NCBI GenBank assembly: GCA_965225945.1
Contig: CBDDBZ010000034.1
Location: 288,001 to 352,000, forward strand
Origin: Alphaproteobacteria bacterium
Lineage (GTDB): Bacteria > Pseudomonadota > Alphaproteobacteria > GCA-2731375
DNA: 64,000 nucleotides
Direction of reading: 5' to 3'
The notes under the pieces are model-generated. The model was not told where the DNA came from, did not search any database, and saw only the letters and a list, made by a program, of their open reading frames with translations. Below, piece by piece: positions 39,618 to 51,935 of this stretch (positions are counted from its first letter, which is position 1; each line of letters opens with the position of its first letter). Both the position numbers and the translations under genes were made by a program.

Positions 39618-39771
39618 GTCCACGTCTCCTCGCAGTGAGCCGTCACCCTGGACCATAGCGGGCCGGGCACCGAGGGCAAGCCCCGCGCCGCTTCGCGGGG
39701 TTTTCGATTTCTTTACCAGAGGCAGCGAAACTCGGGGCTATGGGCGGAGTTGGCGCCCGGAGGTCCAGGCC

Positions 39772-42700
39772 ATGACCCAGCGGCTCGATCAAGAAAACCT
39801 GCAGCGCCAGTTCGGCCTGCACGCCAAGTACCTGCGCGGCCAGCCCCGCGGCCAGCGCCTGATATTGCGCCAGCACGACGGCTCGAAACTGAACTTTTCC
39901 CGCCGCGATCTCTCCTGGGCGGTCCTCAGCGGCTGCACCTTCAGCCACGCCTACTTCGCCAAGTGCAAGCTGGTGGGCGTGGATTTCTTCACCACCAACC
40001 TGCAAGGTGCCGATCTGCGCTTCGCCGATCTCTCCAGGGCCGATCTCAGGGGCGTCAACCTCAGGAACGCGAACCTGGAGGGCGCGACGCTGGAAAGCGC
40101 CGACATTCGCAACGGCTCCCTGATGCGCCCCGACGACGAAGGCAACCTGAAACCACAAACCCGGGGCGTCACCGAGCTCACCGGCGCCAATCTCTCCAAC
40201 AGCAACTTCGCCTCGGCCCGGCTCTCCGGCGTTTTCGTCACCGGCACCGATCTCTCCAACGCCAACTTCCGGGGCGCCCGGCTGATCGGCACCGACTTCT
40301 CCAGTTCCGATCTCCGGGGTGCTAATTTCGCCGGCGCCGATCTCTCCGGCGCGGTGCTCGCCAACTGCGCCTTGAACGGCGCCAACCTGAATGGCGCCAA
40401 TCTCACCGGCACCGATCTCGACGGCGCCGACCTGACGGCCGCGCTGTTCAGCACCGACGCGCTGGGCAGCGCGCAGCTCGACAACACCGTGCTGCCGCGA
40501 TCGATCGATCAGTTGGAAAAGCCGGTCCAGCAGACGCTCCGCGACCATTTCGAATGGGTTCAATCGCTCGGCCATAGCGGCGTGCAGGCGGGTCTGGTGC
40601 GCCAGGCGAACTGGCAGAAGGTAGGGGGTGCAAGTCCCCCGGAACGAAGGAGTAACCGAACCACGTTTCTCCGCGAGCCGTGCGTTGGCTCCCGTGAGGG
40701 GGCAGGCGAAGCGTCGGTAGCGGCATGGATGGGCAGGGCTATTGAGCACCGTAAAAGCGATGGTCCGGGGTGCCGAGGCTTTCAGATCGGTCGAAGGCAA
40801 TATCGCAGGCGTCGTTTTGGTGAGATGTCGGCGAGCCCCGCGGTGTCAGAGAACCCATGCACGTTCGCACGCCTTCTGTTGGGACCCTGGGAGGTCTTCA
40901 AACTGCCCCGGTTGTCGTAAAGGGGCCGCGTAGGGAATGGAGAAAACCGAAGCCTATGATGAACGGTTTGAAGAAGTCGGATGAGGCCGTACGACCTGTG
41001 AGGGCGGCGAACAAGGGAGCGCGAGCTTCTGCGGAGTCGCCGGAGGAAAGGGCCTCAACCAAGGGGAATCCGGATTGCCAAAGCACGCGCCGAACCCAGT
41101 GTCGGGTGGCAGGTCTCTTCGATGAGACGACCGGCCAGCGCCGAGTTCTCCCGGTCTGCGACCAAGCGTGCCACAGGCGGCGGCCCGGATACGGAAAGCT
41201 GCAGAGAGAAACCCGAAGGAACGTCTCACTGCGCTCTTCCACCACATTACGCCGGACGCGCTCGGTGCGGCCTACTTCGCATTGAAGAAGGACGCAGCAG
41301 CCGGTGTCGACGGCGTTACGTGGGACATGTACGGCGAGGGTCTGGATGAGCGCCTGCTCGACCTGCACCGGCGCCTGCACAGAGGGGGAGCGTACCGGGC
41401 GCCGCCGGTTCGGCGGGTAGAGATACCCAAGCCGGACGGGGGGACACGACCGCTCGGGATCGCGGCGCTGGAGGACAAGGTCGTCCAGAAGGCGGTTGTG
41501 GATGTGATCCTGACACCGATCTACGAGGTGGTGTTTCTTGGCTTCAGCTACGGGTTCCGACCGGGGCGGGGGGCGCACGATGCGCTCGATGCCCTGGCCT
41601 TCGGGATAAAACGGCGCAAGGTCAGCTGGATAGTCGATGCAGACCTCCGGGCGTACTTCGACACGATCCCGCGGGATTGGTTGATCACGTTCCTAGAGCA
41701 CCGCATCGGAGACAGGCGGGTCATCCGTCTGATAGAGCACCGCATCGGAGACAGGCGGGTCATCCGTCTGGAAATGGCTGAACGCCGGCGTCATAGAGAG
41801 TGGGTCATGGGCAGATACGGGTATGGGCACGCCGCAGGGGGCAATAGTCTCCCCCGTCTTGGCGAACGTGTTCCTGCATTACGTGCTCGACTTGTGGTTC
41901 CACAAGAAATGGCGCCCGAACGTCCCGGATGGCGAAGCGATCATCGTCCGTTACGCTGACGATATCGTTGTCGGGTTCCAACACAAGCGGGATGCGGAGC
42001 GGTACCTCCGCGACGTTCGGGAGAGGCTGGCCCGGTTCGGTCTCAGCCTCCACCAGGACAAGACCCGCCTCGTGGAGTTTGGCCGGTTCGCGGATTTGAA
42101 CCGGCGCCAGCGCGGGGTGGGCAAGCCGGAGACTTTCGACTTTCTGGGCCTCACGCACTATTGCACGACGACCCTGAGAGGACGCTTTCGGCTTGGTCGC
42201 AAACCGGTCGCCAAACGGGTCAACAGGACCCTGGCGCGCATCGACGAGGTGCTCCGCAAGCGCTGGCACCACGACATCTGGGAAGTTGGTAGGTGGCTGG
42301 GGCGAGTCTGCAATGGCTGGCTCAACTACTTTGCCGTCCCAGGGTCAGGCCGGTTCATCCGTGCGTTCCTCCGCAGGCTGCAACGCCGGTGGATGCGGGC
42401 GCTACGCCGCCGGTCCCAGCGAGCCCGATTTAGTTGGAAGCGACTGGAGCGCATGACCGAAATCCTGTGGCCACGCGCCTCCATCCGCCACCCATGGCCG
42501 GACCAGCGGTTTGCCGTCAAGCACCCGAGGTAGGAGCCGGATGGTTCAACGACCACGTCCGGATCTGCGCGGGGGGTGCGCAGCAATGCGCATTCCTACC
42601 GTAACTCGGAGGTCGACCTCACCGGCGTCGATCTCGCCGGGGTGGATCTCTCGGCCGCCAAGCTCGAGCGGGCGAGCATGGCCGGCGTCGACCTCACCGG

Positions 42701-43088
42701 TGGGCGGCTTACCATGACGGACGCGGGCGGCACGCTGCTGGTGGGGGCGCAGCTTCGCAACTCGGATCTCCGCGGCATTAAGCTGGATAACGCCAACCTC
42801 GGCGAGGCCGATCTGGTCGGCGCCAACCTCTCGCCGATGCAGATCAATGCGCGCGGCAACCTCGACTGGCCCTCGAGCCTCGTCCGCGTGCTGCTGGACG
42901 GCGCCGACCTCTCCGGCGCCAATCTCCGAGGCGCGATCCTGAAGGAGGTCTCGGCCAAAGGCGCCGTCTTTCGCGACGCCGACCTCACCGACGCGGTGCT
43001 GACCGACGCCGATCTGACCGGCGCCAACCTGCGCGAGGCCACGATGGTGGGCGCCGATATCCGAGGCGTGGTGGGCTTGAAGCTGTAG
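39772..43088 (+). CDS. Pentapeptide repeat protein, exons 39772-40596 and 42606-43088, split by a group II intron
   Basis: A(D/N)Lxx repeats on both sides; intron removal joins ...GVQAGL|SEVDLTGVDL in frame (435 aa). Confidence 0.88.
40597..42605 (+). mobile_element. Group II intron (2009 nt)
   Basis: 5' GTGCG; domain V gagccggatggttcaacgaccacgtccggatctg; domain VI ending ...ctaccgtaac; RT ORF inside. Confidence 0.93.
40956..42533 (+). pseudogene. ltrA: Group II intron reverse transcriptase/maturase, two frameshifting lesions, no En domain
   Basis: IPKPDGGTRPLGI, SYGFRPGR, GTPQG, VRYADD, FDFLG; 59-bp insert at 41105-41163 and 39-bp-period duplication at 41694-41770. Confidence 0.9.
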
Positions 43089-43102
43089 GGAGCCTCGCCC
43101 TC

Positions 43103-44914
<1,812 letters not shown>

Positions 44915-44949
44915 GGGTTTGCATCGTCCCTCGTCGACGGCCGCTCCGC

Positions 44950-45750
44950 TCAACCACCCCGGGCGCGGCGCACGATTTCCAGCACGCGGGGTTGGAGCGC
45001 CTCGTTGCCGGCCACCACCGCGCCGTCGCTCAGCATGTCCGCGCCGCCCGCGAGATCGGTCACGAAGCCGCCGGCCTCCCTGACCAGCAGGATCCCGGCG
45101 GCGACATCCCAAGCGCCGAGGCCGCGCTGCCAATAGACGTCGAAGCGGCCAGCCGCGACATAGGCGAGGTCGAGCGCGGCGGCGCCATAGCGCCGCAGAC
45201 TCGCGACCTCGGGCATGATTGCGCGCACCTCGCCCAGGAAGGCGTCGTAATCGTCGCCGTGACCATGGGCGATGCCGGTGGCGACCAGGGCGTCGGACAG
45301 TTGGCCGCGGCTGGAGACCCGGAGCCGGCGGTCGTTCAGATAGGCGCCGGCGCCCCGCTCGGCCCAAAACATCTCGTCGGCGACCGGATTGTAGGTGACG
45401 CCGGCGACGATTTCGCCCCGGTTCTCCAAGGCCACCGTGGTGGCGAAGTGCGGCACGCCGTGGAGAAAGTTCGCCGTGCCGTCCAGCGGATCGATGATCC
45501 AGCGGACATGGGGGTCCTTACCGACGATCGCGCCGCTCTCCTCCATCAGGAAGCCGAAGTCGGGCCGCGCCCGGGCCAGTTCCTCGCTGAGCGTCTTCTC
45601 CGCCTTCATGTCGGCGATGGAGACGAAATCCCCCGGCCCCTTGCGGCTGACCTGGAGCTGCTCGACCTCGCCGAAGTCCCTGATCAGGCCACGCGCCGCC
45701 TTATGCACGGCCTTGACCATGACGTTCATGAGTGCCGTTCGCCGCGCCAT
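44950..45750 (-). CDS. suhB: Inositol monophosphatase family protein
   Basis: WIIDPLDGTANF, GAAALDLAYVA, WDVAAG. Confidence 0.92.
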   Translation of the reverse strand: MARRTALMNVMVKAVHKAARGLIRDFGEVEQLQVSRKGPGDFVSIADMKAEKTLSEELARARPDFGFLMEESGAIVGKDPHVRWIIDPLDGTANFLHGVPHFATTVALENRGEIVAGVTYNPVADEMFWAERGAGAYLNDRRLRVSSRGQLSDALVATGIAHGHGDDYDAFLGEVRAIMPEVASLRRYGAAALDLAYVAAGRFDVYWQRGLGAWDVAAGILLVREAGGFVTDLAGGADMLSDGAVVAGNEALQPRVLEIVRRARGG

Positions 45751-45825
45751 GTGCGCCCTCCAATGGTACCCTCGGGGTGGTTGGGCCCGGAGAGGGCCGA
45801 CCTCGGGGACTTTCGAGTCGAAAAT

Positions 45826-46392
45826 TCAAGCCTCGGCGCGTTTGACGTAGCTCCCGTCGTGGGTGCTGACGACGATCCGATCGCCCTGGTTGACGAAGGG
45901 CGGCACGGTGGTCCGGAGTCCGTTCTCCAGCACCGCGGGCTTATTGGAGGAGGCCGCCGTCTGGCCCTTCACGACCGGCTCGGTCTCCGTCACTTCCAAG
46001 GCCACCTGGTCCGGCAGCTCGACGCCGATCGGCTCGCCCTCGAAGCTTTCGATGGTGATCGACATGCCCTCCCGCAGAAAGACCGTCGAAGCGCCCAACG
46101 TCTCGCCCGAGAGCTCGATCTGCTCGAAGCTCTCGGTGTCCATGAAGGTAAACCTCTCGCCATCGCCGTAGAGATACTGGTGCTCCCTCTGGTCGAGGCG
46201 CACGCGCTCGACGTTCTGGGAGGCGCGGAAGCGTTCGTTGAGCTTGCTGCCGTCGCGCAGGTTGCGCAGCTCCACCTGCAAATAGGCGCCGCCCTTGCCG
46301 GGCTGGGTGTGCTGGATCTTCACCGCACGCCAGAGCCCGCCCTTGTGCTCGATGACGTTGCCGGGGCGAATGGCGTTGCCGTTGATCTTCAT
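45826..46392 (-). CDS. efp: Elongation factor P
   Basis: [21 protein letters not shown]. Confidence 0.97.
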   Translation of the reverse strand: MKINGNAIRPGNVIEHKGGLWRAVKIQHTQPGKGGAYLQVELRNLRDGSKLNERFRASQNVERVRLDQREHQYLYGDGERFTFMDTESFEQIELSGETLGASTVFLREGMSITIESFEGEPIGVELPDQVALEVTETEPVVKGQTAASSNKPAVLENGLRTTVPPFVNQGDRIVVSTHDGSYVKRAEA

Positions 46393-46625
46393 GAATTAGC
46401 CATTGCTCCGTTGTCGAGGCTCCGCCCGTGACGAGCGGGCGCGGCATGATCTATCAACTCGCCACCGGCCTTGCAACGTCGGCGGCGGCGGGGCCGCCCC
46501 CCTTCGGCGCGGACTCGGGGCTTCCCGTCCCCGACCAGGAGGTGCATCCGCTCGATGTCCCGGGCCCGCGGCATAGCCGGCCAGCGCACCGGGCAGCTCG
46601 ACGAATTCACCGCCGTCGCGCGGCC

Positions 46626-47387
46626 TCAAACGTGCTGGCCGCCGTTGATGTGGAGTTCCGCGCCGGTAACGTAGCTCGACTGCTCCGTGCAGAGAAAATA
46701 GATCACCTTCGCCACCTCCTCCGGCGTGCCCAGGCGGCGCATGGGCAAGCTCGGCACCAGTTTCTCCTCGGTCTCGGGCGCCAGGATCGCGGTCTTGATC
46801 TCGCCCGGCGCGATGGCGTTGACGCGGATGCCGAGGGGGCCGAAGTCGGCCGCCATCTCCCGCGTCAGGCTGGCGAGCGCTGCCTTGGAGGTCGCATAGG
46901 CGGTGCCGGCGAAGGGATGCACCCGGCTGCCGACGATGGAGGTGACGTTGACGATCGAGCCCTGGCCCGCCTCGAGCTCGCCGGCGAGGCCTCGGGCCAG
47001 CATCACCGGGGCGAGGAAATTGACCTGGAAGACCTGGTGCCAGGTATCGATCTCGGTGCCGAGGCTGTCCAGGCGCTCGCCGTCGGGACCCTTGGGCGAG
47101 ATCCCGGCATTGTTGACCAATGCGTTCAGCATGCCGTCATCCAGGCGGGAGCGGATTTCCTCGACGCCGCGCTCGGTGTCGGCGACGTCGGCCAGATCGA
47201 TCCGCACATGATCCTCCGGCCCGGCTTCCCAGGGGCAATCCTCGGGAAAGGCTTGGCGCGAGCAGGTGATCACCCGCCACCCGGCGCTGGAGAAGCGCTT
47301 GACCGTGGCGTGCCCGATGCCCCGGCTGGCGCCGGTCAGCACCAGCGCGCGCCGTCTGTTGGAATCCGATGTCGCCATATCGCTCAT
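46626..47387 (-). CDS. SDR family oxidoreductase
   Basis: TGASRGIG, NNAG, YATSK. Confidence 0.92.
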   Translation of the reverse strand: MSDMATSDSNRRRALVLTGASRGIGHATVKRFSSAGWRVITCSRQAFPEDCPWEAGPEDHVRIDLADVADTERGVEEIRSRLDDGMLNALVNNAGISPKGPDGERLDSLGTEIDTWHQVFQVNFLAPVMLARGLAGELEAGQGSIVNVTSIVGSRVHPFAGTAYATSKAALASLTREMAADFGPLGIRVNAIAPGEIKTAILAPETEEKLVPSLPMRRLGTPEEVAKVIYFLCTEQSSYVTGAELHINGGQHV

Positions 47388-47415
47388 TTAAGGCGGATGC
47401 CGGCTCGATTGCCAG

Positions 47416-48084
47416 TTAAACCGACAGGCCGGCGAGCGCCCGCCTTGCCTGCGCGATCACCGCCTCGGCGCCGCCCTCGCCGTCGAGGCGGCGCCAGTCC
47501 TCGGGGATCTCGGCCCGCCGGTGCTGGCGTCGCATTACCTCGACGGTGGCGTCGGAGGCATCGTTTCGTCTGACCTCGATACGCCGCGCGAGGGTTTCCG
47601 GGCACACCTCCAGCCATAAACCGAGGAAGGGCGCCTTCGTCTCGGCGGCCAGAGCGGCAAGGCCTGCGCGCGACTCGGCTCGGTCGTGGACGGCGTCGAC
47701 GATCACCGCCCGGCCGGCCGCGAGCACCCGGCGGGCCCGCTCGCGGAGAAAGCGATAGACCCGGCCGCTCACCTCGGGCGCGTAGGCCTCGGGCGGCAGC
47801 GGGGCTTCCATCGCGACCTCGAAGAGATGCTTGCGCGCTTCGTCGCTGCGCACCACGAGGGCGCCCGGCGGCGGGCCGAGCAGAGGCGCCAGCGCCCGCG
47901 CCAGGGTCGACTTGCCGCTCCCCGACAAGCCACCGACGGCAATGAGGCGCGTCTCGGGGGAATCGAGCGCGCGGCGGGCGAGGGCCAGATAGTCCCGGGC
48001 CTCGGCTCGCAACGAGTCGGCTCGGGCGGGCTCCGTGCCCGCCGCCGTCGTCGCCGAGACGTGCGCCCTGATCCCCGCTCTCGG
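47416..48084 (-). pseudogene. AAA_33 kinase C-terminal part of a bifunctional phosphotransferase/ATP-binding protein; 5' end missing
   Basis: RAGIRAHV...YLALA...GGLSGSGKST, VRSDEARK, DASDA; no credible start, abuts the CDF stop. Confidence 0.7.
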
Positions 48085-49023
48085 TCATCGGCCGAAAACC
48101 GCGCGCTCCTCCTCCACGCCGTAAGGGTCCTGATGGATGATGACCTCGGCGTCCTGAAACTCCTCGCGAATCCAGGCCTCGACCTCGTCGGAGATCTCGT
48201 GCGCCTCCAACAGCGCCATCGCCGGGTCCATTTCCAGATGCATCTGGATGAAGGTATGGGTACCCGAGGCCCGCGTGCGCAGATCGTGCATGTCGATCAC
48301 CCGGGCGTGGCTGACGGCGATCTCGCGAATTCGCCGGCGCAAGTCGTCCGACAGCTCGCGGTCCATCAAATGGTCGCGGGCGGCGGCGAAAATCCGCCAG
48401 GCGCCATGGAGCAGATAGATGGCGATGGCGAAGCCGATCAGCGGATCGGCCCAGATCAGGCCGAACCCGGCGCCGAGCACCAGGGCCAGGATTACGCCCA
48501 AGTTCATCAGCAGGTCGCCCTTGTAATGCAGCGAATCGGCGGCGATCGCCAGCGAGCCGGTGCGCTTGACGACGGAGCGCTGGAACAGCACCAGGGCGAG
48601 GGTCAGCAGGATCGAGAAGACCAATACGGCGATGCCGATCTCGCCGGCGGCTACGGGATGGGGGCGAAAGGCCCGGTCCGCCACTTCCAGCAACAGGAAC
48701 ATGGACGAACCGGTGATGAAGGCGGCCTGCGCGAGGCCGGCCAGCGCCTCCGCCTTGCCGTGACCGAAGCGATGCTCGCGATCGGCCGGCACCAGGGCGT
48801 GGCGGATCGCCAGTAGATTGATCAGCGAGGCGAAGGCGTCGAGCCCGGAATCCATCAACGAGCCCAGGAGGGCGACGGAATCGGTCATCACCCAGGCCAC
48901 CAGCTTGGCCGAAATCAGCACCACGGCGACGCCGACGGCGGCATGGCTGGCGAGCTTCATCAGCCGCGCGGTCTCGCCGCCACCGAGCGGCGGCGCCTCC
49001 CGCGCGTGCGAATCGTGGCTCAT
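48085..49023 (-). CDS. fieF: Cation diffusion facilitator (FieF-like)
   Basis: DSGLD, HRFGHGKAEALA, DSLHYKGD, HDLRTR, IIHQDP. Confidence 0.9.
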   Translation of the reverse strand: MSHDSHAREAPPLGGGETARLMKLASHAAVGVAVVLISAKLVAWVMTDSVALLGSLMDSGLDAFASLINLLAIRHALVPADREHRFGHGKAEALAGLAQAAFITGSSMFLLLEVADRAFRPHPVAAGEIGIAVLVFSILLTLALVLFQRSVVKRTGSLAIAADSLHYKGDLLMNLGVILALVLGAGFGLIWADPLIGFAIAIYLLHGAWRIFAAARDHLMDRELSDDLRRRIREIAVSHARVIDMHDLRTRASGTHTFIQMHLEMDPAMALLEAHEISDEVEAWIREEFQDAEVIIHQDPYGVEEERAVFGR

Positions 49024-49086
49024 CGTCACCTTATCGTCGTTCTTCGCCCCCAGGTCTCCCCGGGGACTCGGGGCACGCGGGGCGTC

Positions 49087-49680
49087 TCAGGGATCGAGCC
49101 AGCGCCGCCGCCACCCTTCCTCGACGCGATCATACAGCAAGCGCTCGTGTAATCGAGACGGCCGCTCGTGCCAAAATTCGATGCGGTGCGGGCAGAGGCG
49201 AAAGCCGCTCCAATTCGGGGGTCGGGGCACCTCGCGGTCGCGGTAGCGTTCTTCCAGCGCCCGGACCCGGGCCTCGAGGGCCGAAAGGTCGTGGCGCACG
49301 CGCGATTGCTCCGAGGCCCAGGCGCCGATCTGGCTGTCGCGGGTACGGCTGGCGAAATAGGCGTCGGCGTCGGCGTCCCCCACCACTTCGACCCGGCCCT
49401 CGGCCCGCACCTGCCGGCCGATCGAGCGCCAGTAGAAGCAGATCGCACTGGCCGGCCGGGCCCGAAGCTCGACCCCCTTCTGGCTCTCGAGGTTGGTATA
49501 GAAGACGAAGCCGCGGCAATCGACGTCCTTCATCAGCACCGTACGCAGCGAGGGCGCGCCCTCGGCGTCGAGGGAGGCCAACGACATTGCGTTTGCATTG
49601 CGCGGCTCGCCCGCCTCGGCGTCGGCGTACCAGCGGCGGAACAACTCGATCGGATCGTCCAGTTCCTCGATCTTCATCAC
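49087..49680 (-). CDS. pdxH: Pyridoxamine 5'-phosphate oxidase
   Basis: RTVLMK, FYTNLESQKG, RQVRAEG, EFWHERPSRLHER. Confidence 0.95.
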   Translation of the reverse strand: MMKIEELDDPIELFRRWYADAEAGEPRNANAMSLASLDAEGAPSLRTVLMKDVDCRGFVFYTNLESQKGVELRARPASAICFYWRSIGRQVRAEGRVEVVGDADADAYFASRTRDSQIGAWASEQSRVRHDLSALEARVRALEERYRDREVPRPPNWSGFRLCPHRIEFWHERPSRLHERLLYDRVEEGWRRRWLDP

Positions 49681-49706
49681 CTAGCCTCCCCGGCCGCGCA
49701 ACACAT

Positions 49707-50278
49707 GGCGTCGAGTGAATACCAAACCCGTGAGGGCGACGATGCAACGGTTTTGCCCCCTCGCGCCAGGCCCTATGCTAGCGAGAGTCGACGAAATTCC
49801 GCCGGGTCGAATGGGCGCGGTCGGGGAGGTGTGGCGATGACCAGATTGGTGAAGGCCATCCTCGCGGGCGCGCTGGCGATCATGCTCGGGGCTTGCGAAT
49901 CCGACGGCCAGAAGGAGCAGTTCGGCACCATTCTGGGCGGCGTTGCCGGCGCCCTATTGGGCGCGCAGGTAGGCTCCGGCGGCGGGCGGATGGGCGTCGA
50001 GTGAATACCAAACCCGTGAGGGCGACGATGCAACGGTTTTGCCCCCTCGCGCCAGGCCCTATGCTAGCGAGAGTCGACGAAATTCCGCCGGGTCGAATGG
50101 GCGCGGTCGGGGAGGTGTGGCGATGACCAGATTGGTGAAGGCCATCCTCGCGGGCGCGCTGGCGATCATGCTCGGGGCTTGCGAATCCGACGGCCAGAAG
50201 GAGCAGTTCGGCACCATTCTGGGCGGCGTTGCCGGCGCCCCTATTGGGCGCGCAGGTAGGCTCCGGCGGCGGGCGGAT
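49707..50278. repeat. 285-bp tandem duplication (49707-49991 / 49993-50278)
   Basis: Copies identical except one extra C in copy 2. Confidence 0.92.
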
Positions 50279-50595
50279 CGCGGCGACGGCGGCGGGCACC
50301 TTGATCGGCGCCATGGTCGGCCGCTCGATCGGCCGCTCGCTCGACAAGGCGGATCGCGTGGCGATGGCCAGCGCGGGAATCACTGGAATCGGCGCCTTCG
50401 GGCGAAGTGACGAGCTGGCGCAATCCCGACACCGGCCACCACGGGACGGTGACGCCCGACCCCGCCTTTCGCAACGCCGAGGGCAGCACCTGCCGTGAAT
50501 ACCGCCAGACCGTGACCATCGGCGAGCGCACGGAGGAGGCCTACGGCACCGCCTGCCGGCAGGCCGACGGCACCTGGAAGATCGTCAACGGTTAG
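49837..50595 (+). pseudogene. Glycine-zipper surface antigen lipoprotein (RT0821/Lpp0805-like), duplicated 5' end and frameshifts
   Basis: Lipobox LGAC, glycine zipper, WRNPDTG, CREY, GTACRQADGTW. Confidence 0.85.
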
Positions 50596-51935
50596 GCCGC
50601 GGCCGTCGACACGTAGCGTTCGCCCATGACGTAGGTGGCGCGGACACAGCGGTCGTCGCCGAGCGTCATCAGCACGAACAGCTCCTCCGCCAGGCTCCGG
50701 GTCCGCTCCATCCGATGCGCCATCGCCGGCGTCGCGCCGGCATCGAGCACGATCACGTCGGCCTCGGCACCCGGCGCCAGGCCGCCGATCCGATTCCCCA
50801 GTCCGAGCGCCCGGGCGTTGCCGAGCGTCGCCAGATAAAACGCTTCGAAGGCGCCCAGCGGCTGGGACTGGAGCTGCAGGACCTTGTAGGCCTCGCCCAG
50901 GGTCGCCAGCATCGAATAGCTGGTGCCGCCGCCAACGTCGGTGGCGAGCGCGACACGGACCGGATGCGGCGCCCGCGCGGTCCGCGCGAGGTCGAACAGA
51001 CCGCTGCCGATGAAGAGGTTCGAGGTCGGGCAGAAGACCGCGACGGATTCGCTCTCGGACAGGCGGGCGAGCTCGCGCTTCGACAGATGAATGCAGTGGC
51101 CGAGCAGGCTCCTCGGCCCGAGCAGGCCGTAACGCTCGTAGACCTGGGTGTAATCCTCCGCCCAGGGGAAGAGCCTGCGGACCTCGGCGATCTCGTCGCG
51201 GTTCTCGGCCAGGTGGGTCTGCATGTGGCACTCGGGATGGGCGGCCAGCAACGCGCCGGCCGCTTCCAACTGGGCCTCGCTCGAGGTGACGGCGAAGCGC
51301 GGCGTCACCGCGTAGCCCTGGCGTCCCCGCCCGTGCCAGCGGGCGATCAGCGCCGCCGACTCGTCATGGCCGGAGCGCGCCGTATCCAGCAGCGCCGGGG
51401 GCGCGCCCCGGTCCATCAGCGACTTGCCGGCGATCATCCGGGTGCCGAGGCGCTCCGATTCCTCGAAGAAGGCCTCGATGGCGGGTGCATGGACGGTGCC
51501 ATAAACGGCGGCGGTGGTGGTGCCGTTGGCGAGCAATTCCTCCAAGAAAAAGCGGGCGATGCGACGGGCGTGCTCGGGATCGGCGAAGCGCTGCTCCTCG
51601 ACGTAGGTATAGCTCTCCAGCCAATCGAGAAGTTGCGCGCCGAAGGAGGCGATCACCTGGGTCTGGGGAAAGTGGATGTGGCTATCGATGAAGCCCGGGA
51701 GCAGCAGGTGGGGGCGGTGGTCCACCACCTCGAGGTTGGCCGCCGCGCCGGCCAGCAGCACCCCCGCCTCGCCCACGGCCCCAACGAGGCCGCCCTCGAC
51801 TAGGATCAGGCCGTCCTCGATATACTCATGGCTCGCGCTCTCGCCGACCTCCGCCGGATCGTCGAGGAAGCGCAGCACGCGGCCTCTGAGCGCCCGGGTT
51901 GGGGCCTCGCGCGGGCTCTCAGCGGCGCTCGACAC
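50592..51935 (-). CDS. guaD: Guanine deaminase
   Basis: PGFIDSHIHFPQ, VTPRFA, QTHLAEN, ATDVGGGTS. Confidence 0.95.
   Translation of the reverse strand: MSSAAESPREAPTRALRGRVLRFLDDPAEVGESASHEYIEDGLILVEGGLVGAVGEAGVLLAGAAANLEVVDHRPHLLLPGFIDSHIHFPQTQVIASFGAQLLDWLESYTYVEEQRFADPEHARRIARFFLEELLANGTTTAAVYGTVHAPAIEAFFEESERLGTRMIAGKSLMDRGAPPALLDTARSGHDESAALIARWHGRGRQGYAVTPRFAVTSSEAQLEAAGALLAAHPECHMQTHLAENRDEIAEVRRLFPWAEDYTQVYERYGLLGPRSLLGHCIHLSKRELARLSESESVAVFCPTSNLFIGSGLFDLARTARAPHPVRVALATDVGGGTSYSMLATLGEAYKVLQLQSQPLGAFEAFYLATLGNARALGLGNRIGGLAPGAEADVIVLDAGATPAMAHRMERTRSLAEELFVLMTLGDDRCVRATYVMGERYVSTAAA

Noticed and set aside
46393-46625. Possible gene remnant between efp and the SDR gene
   Set aside because: No frame gave a recognisable motif.
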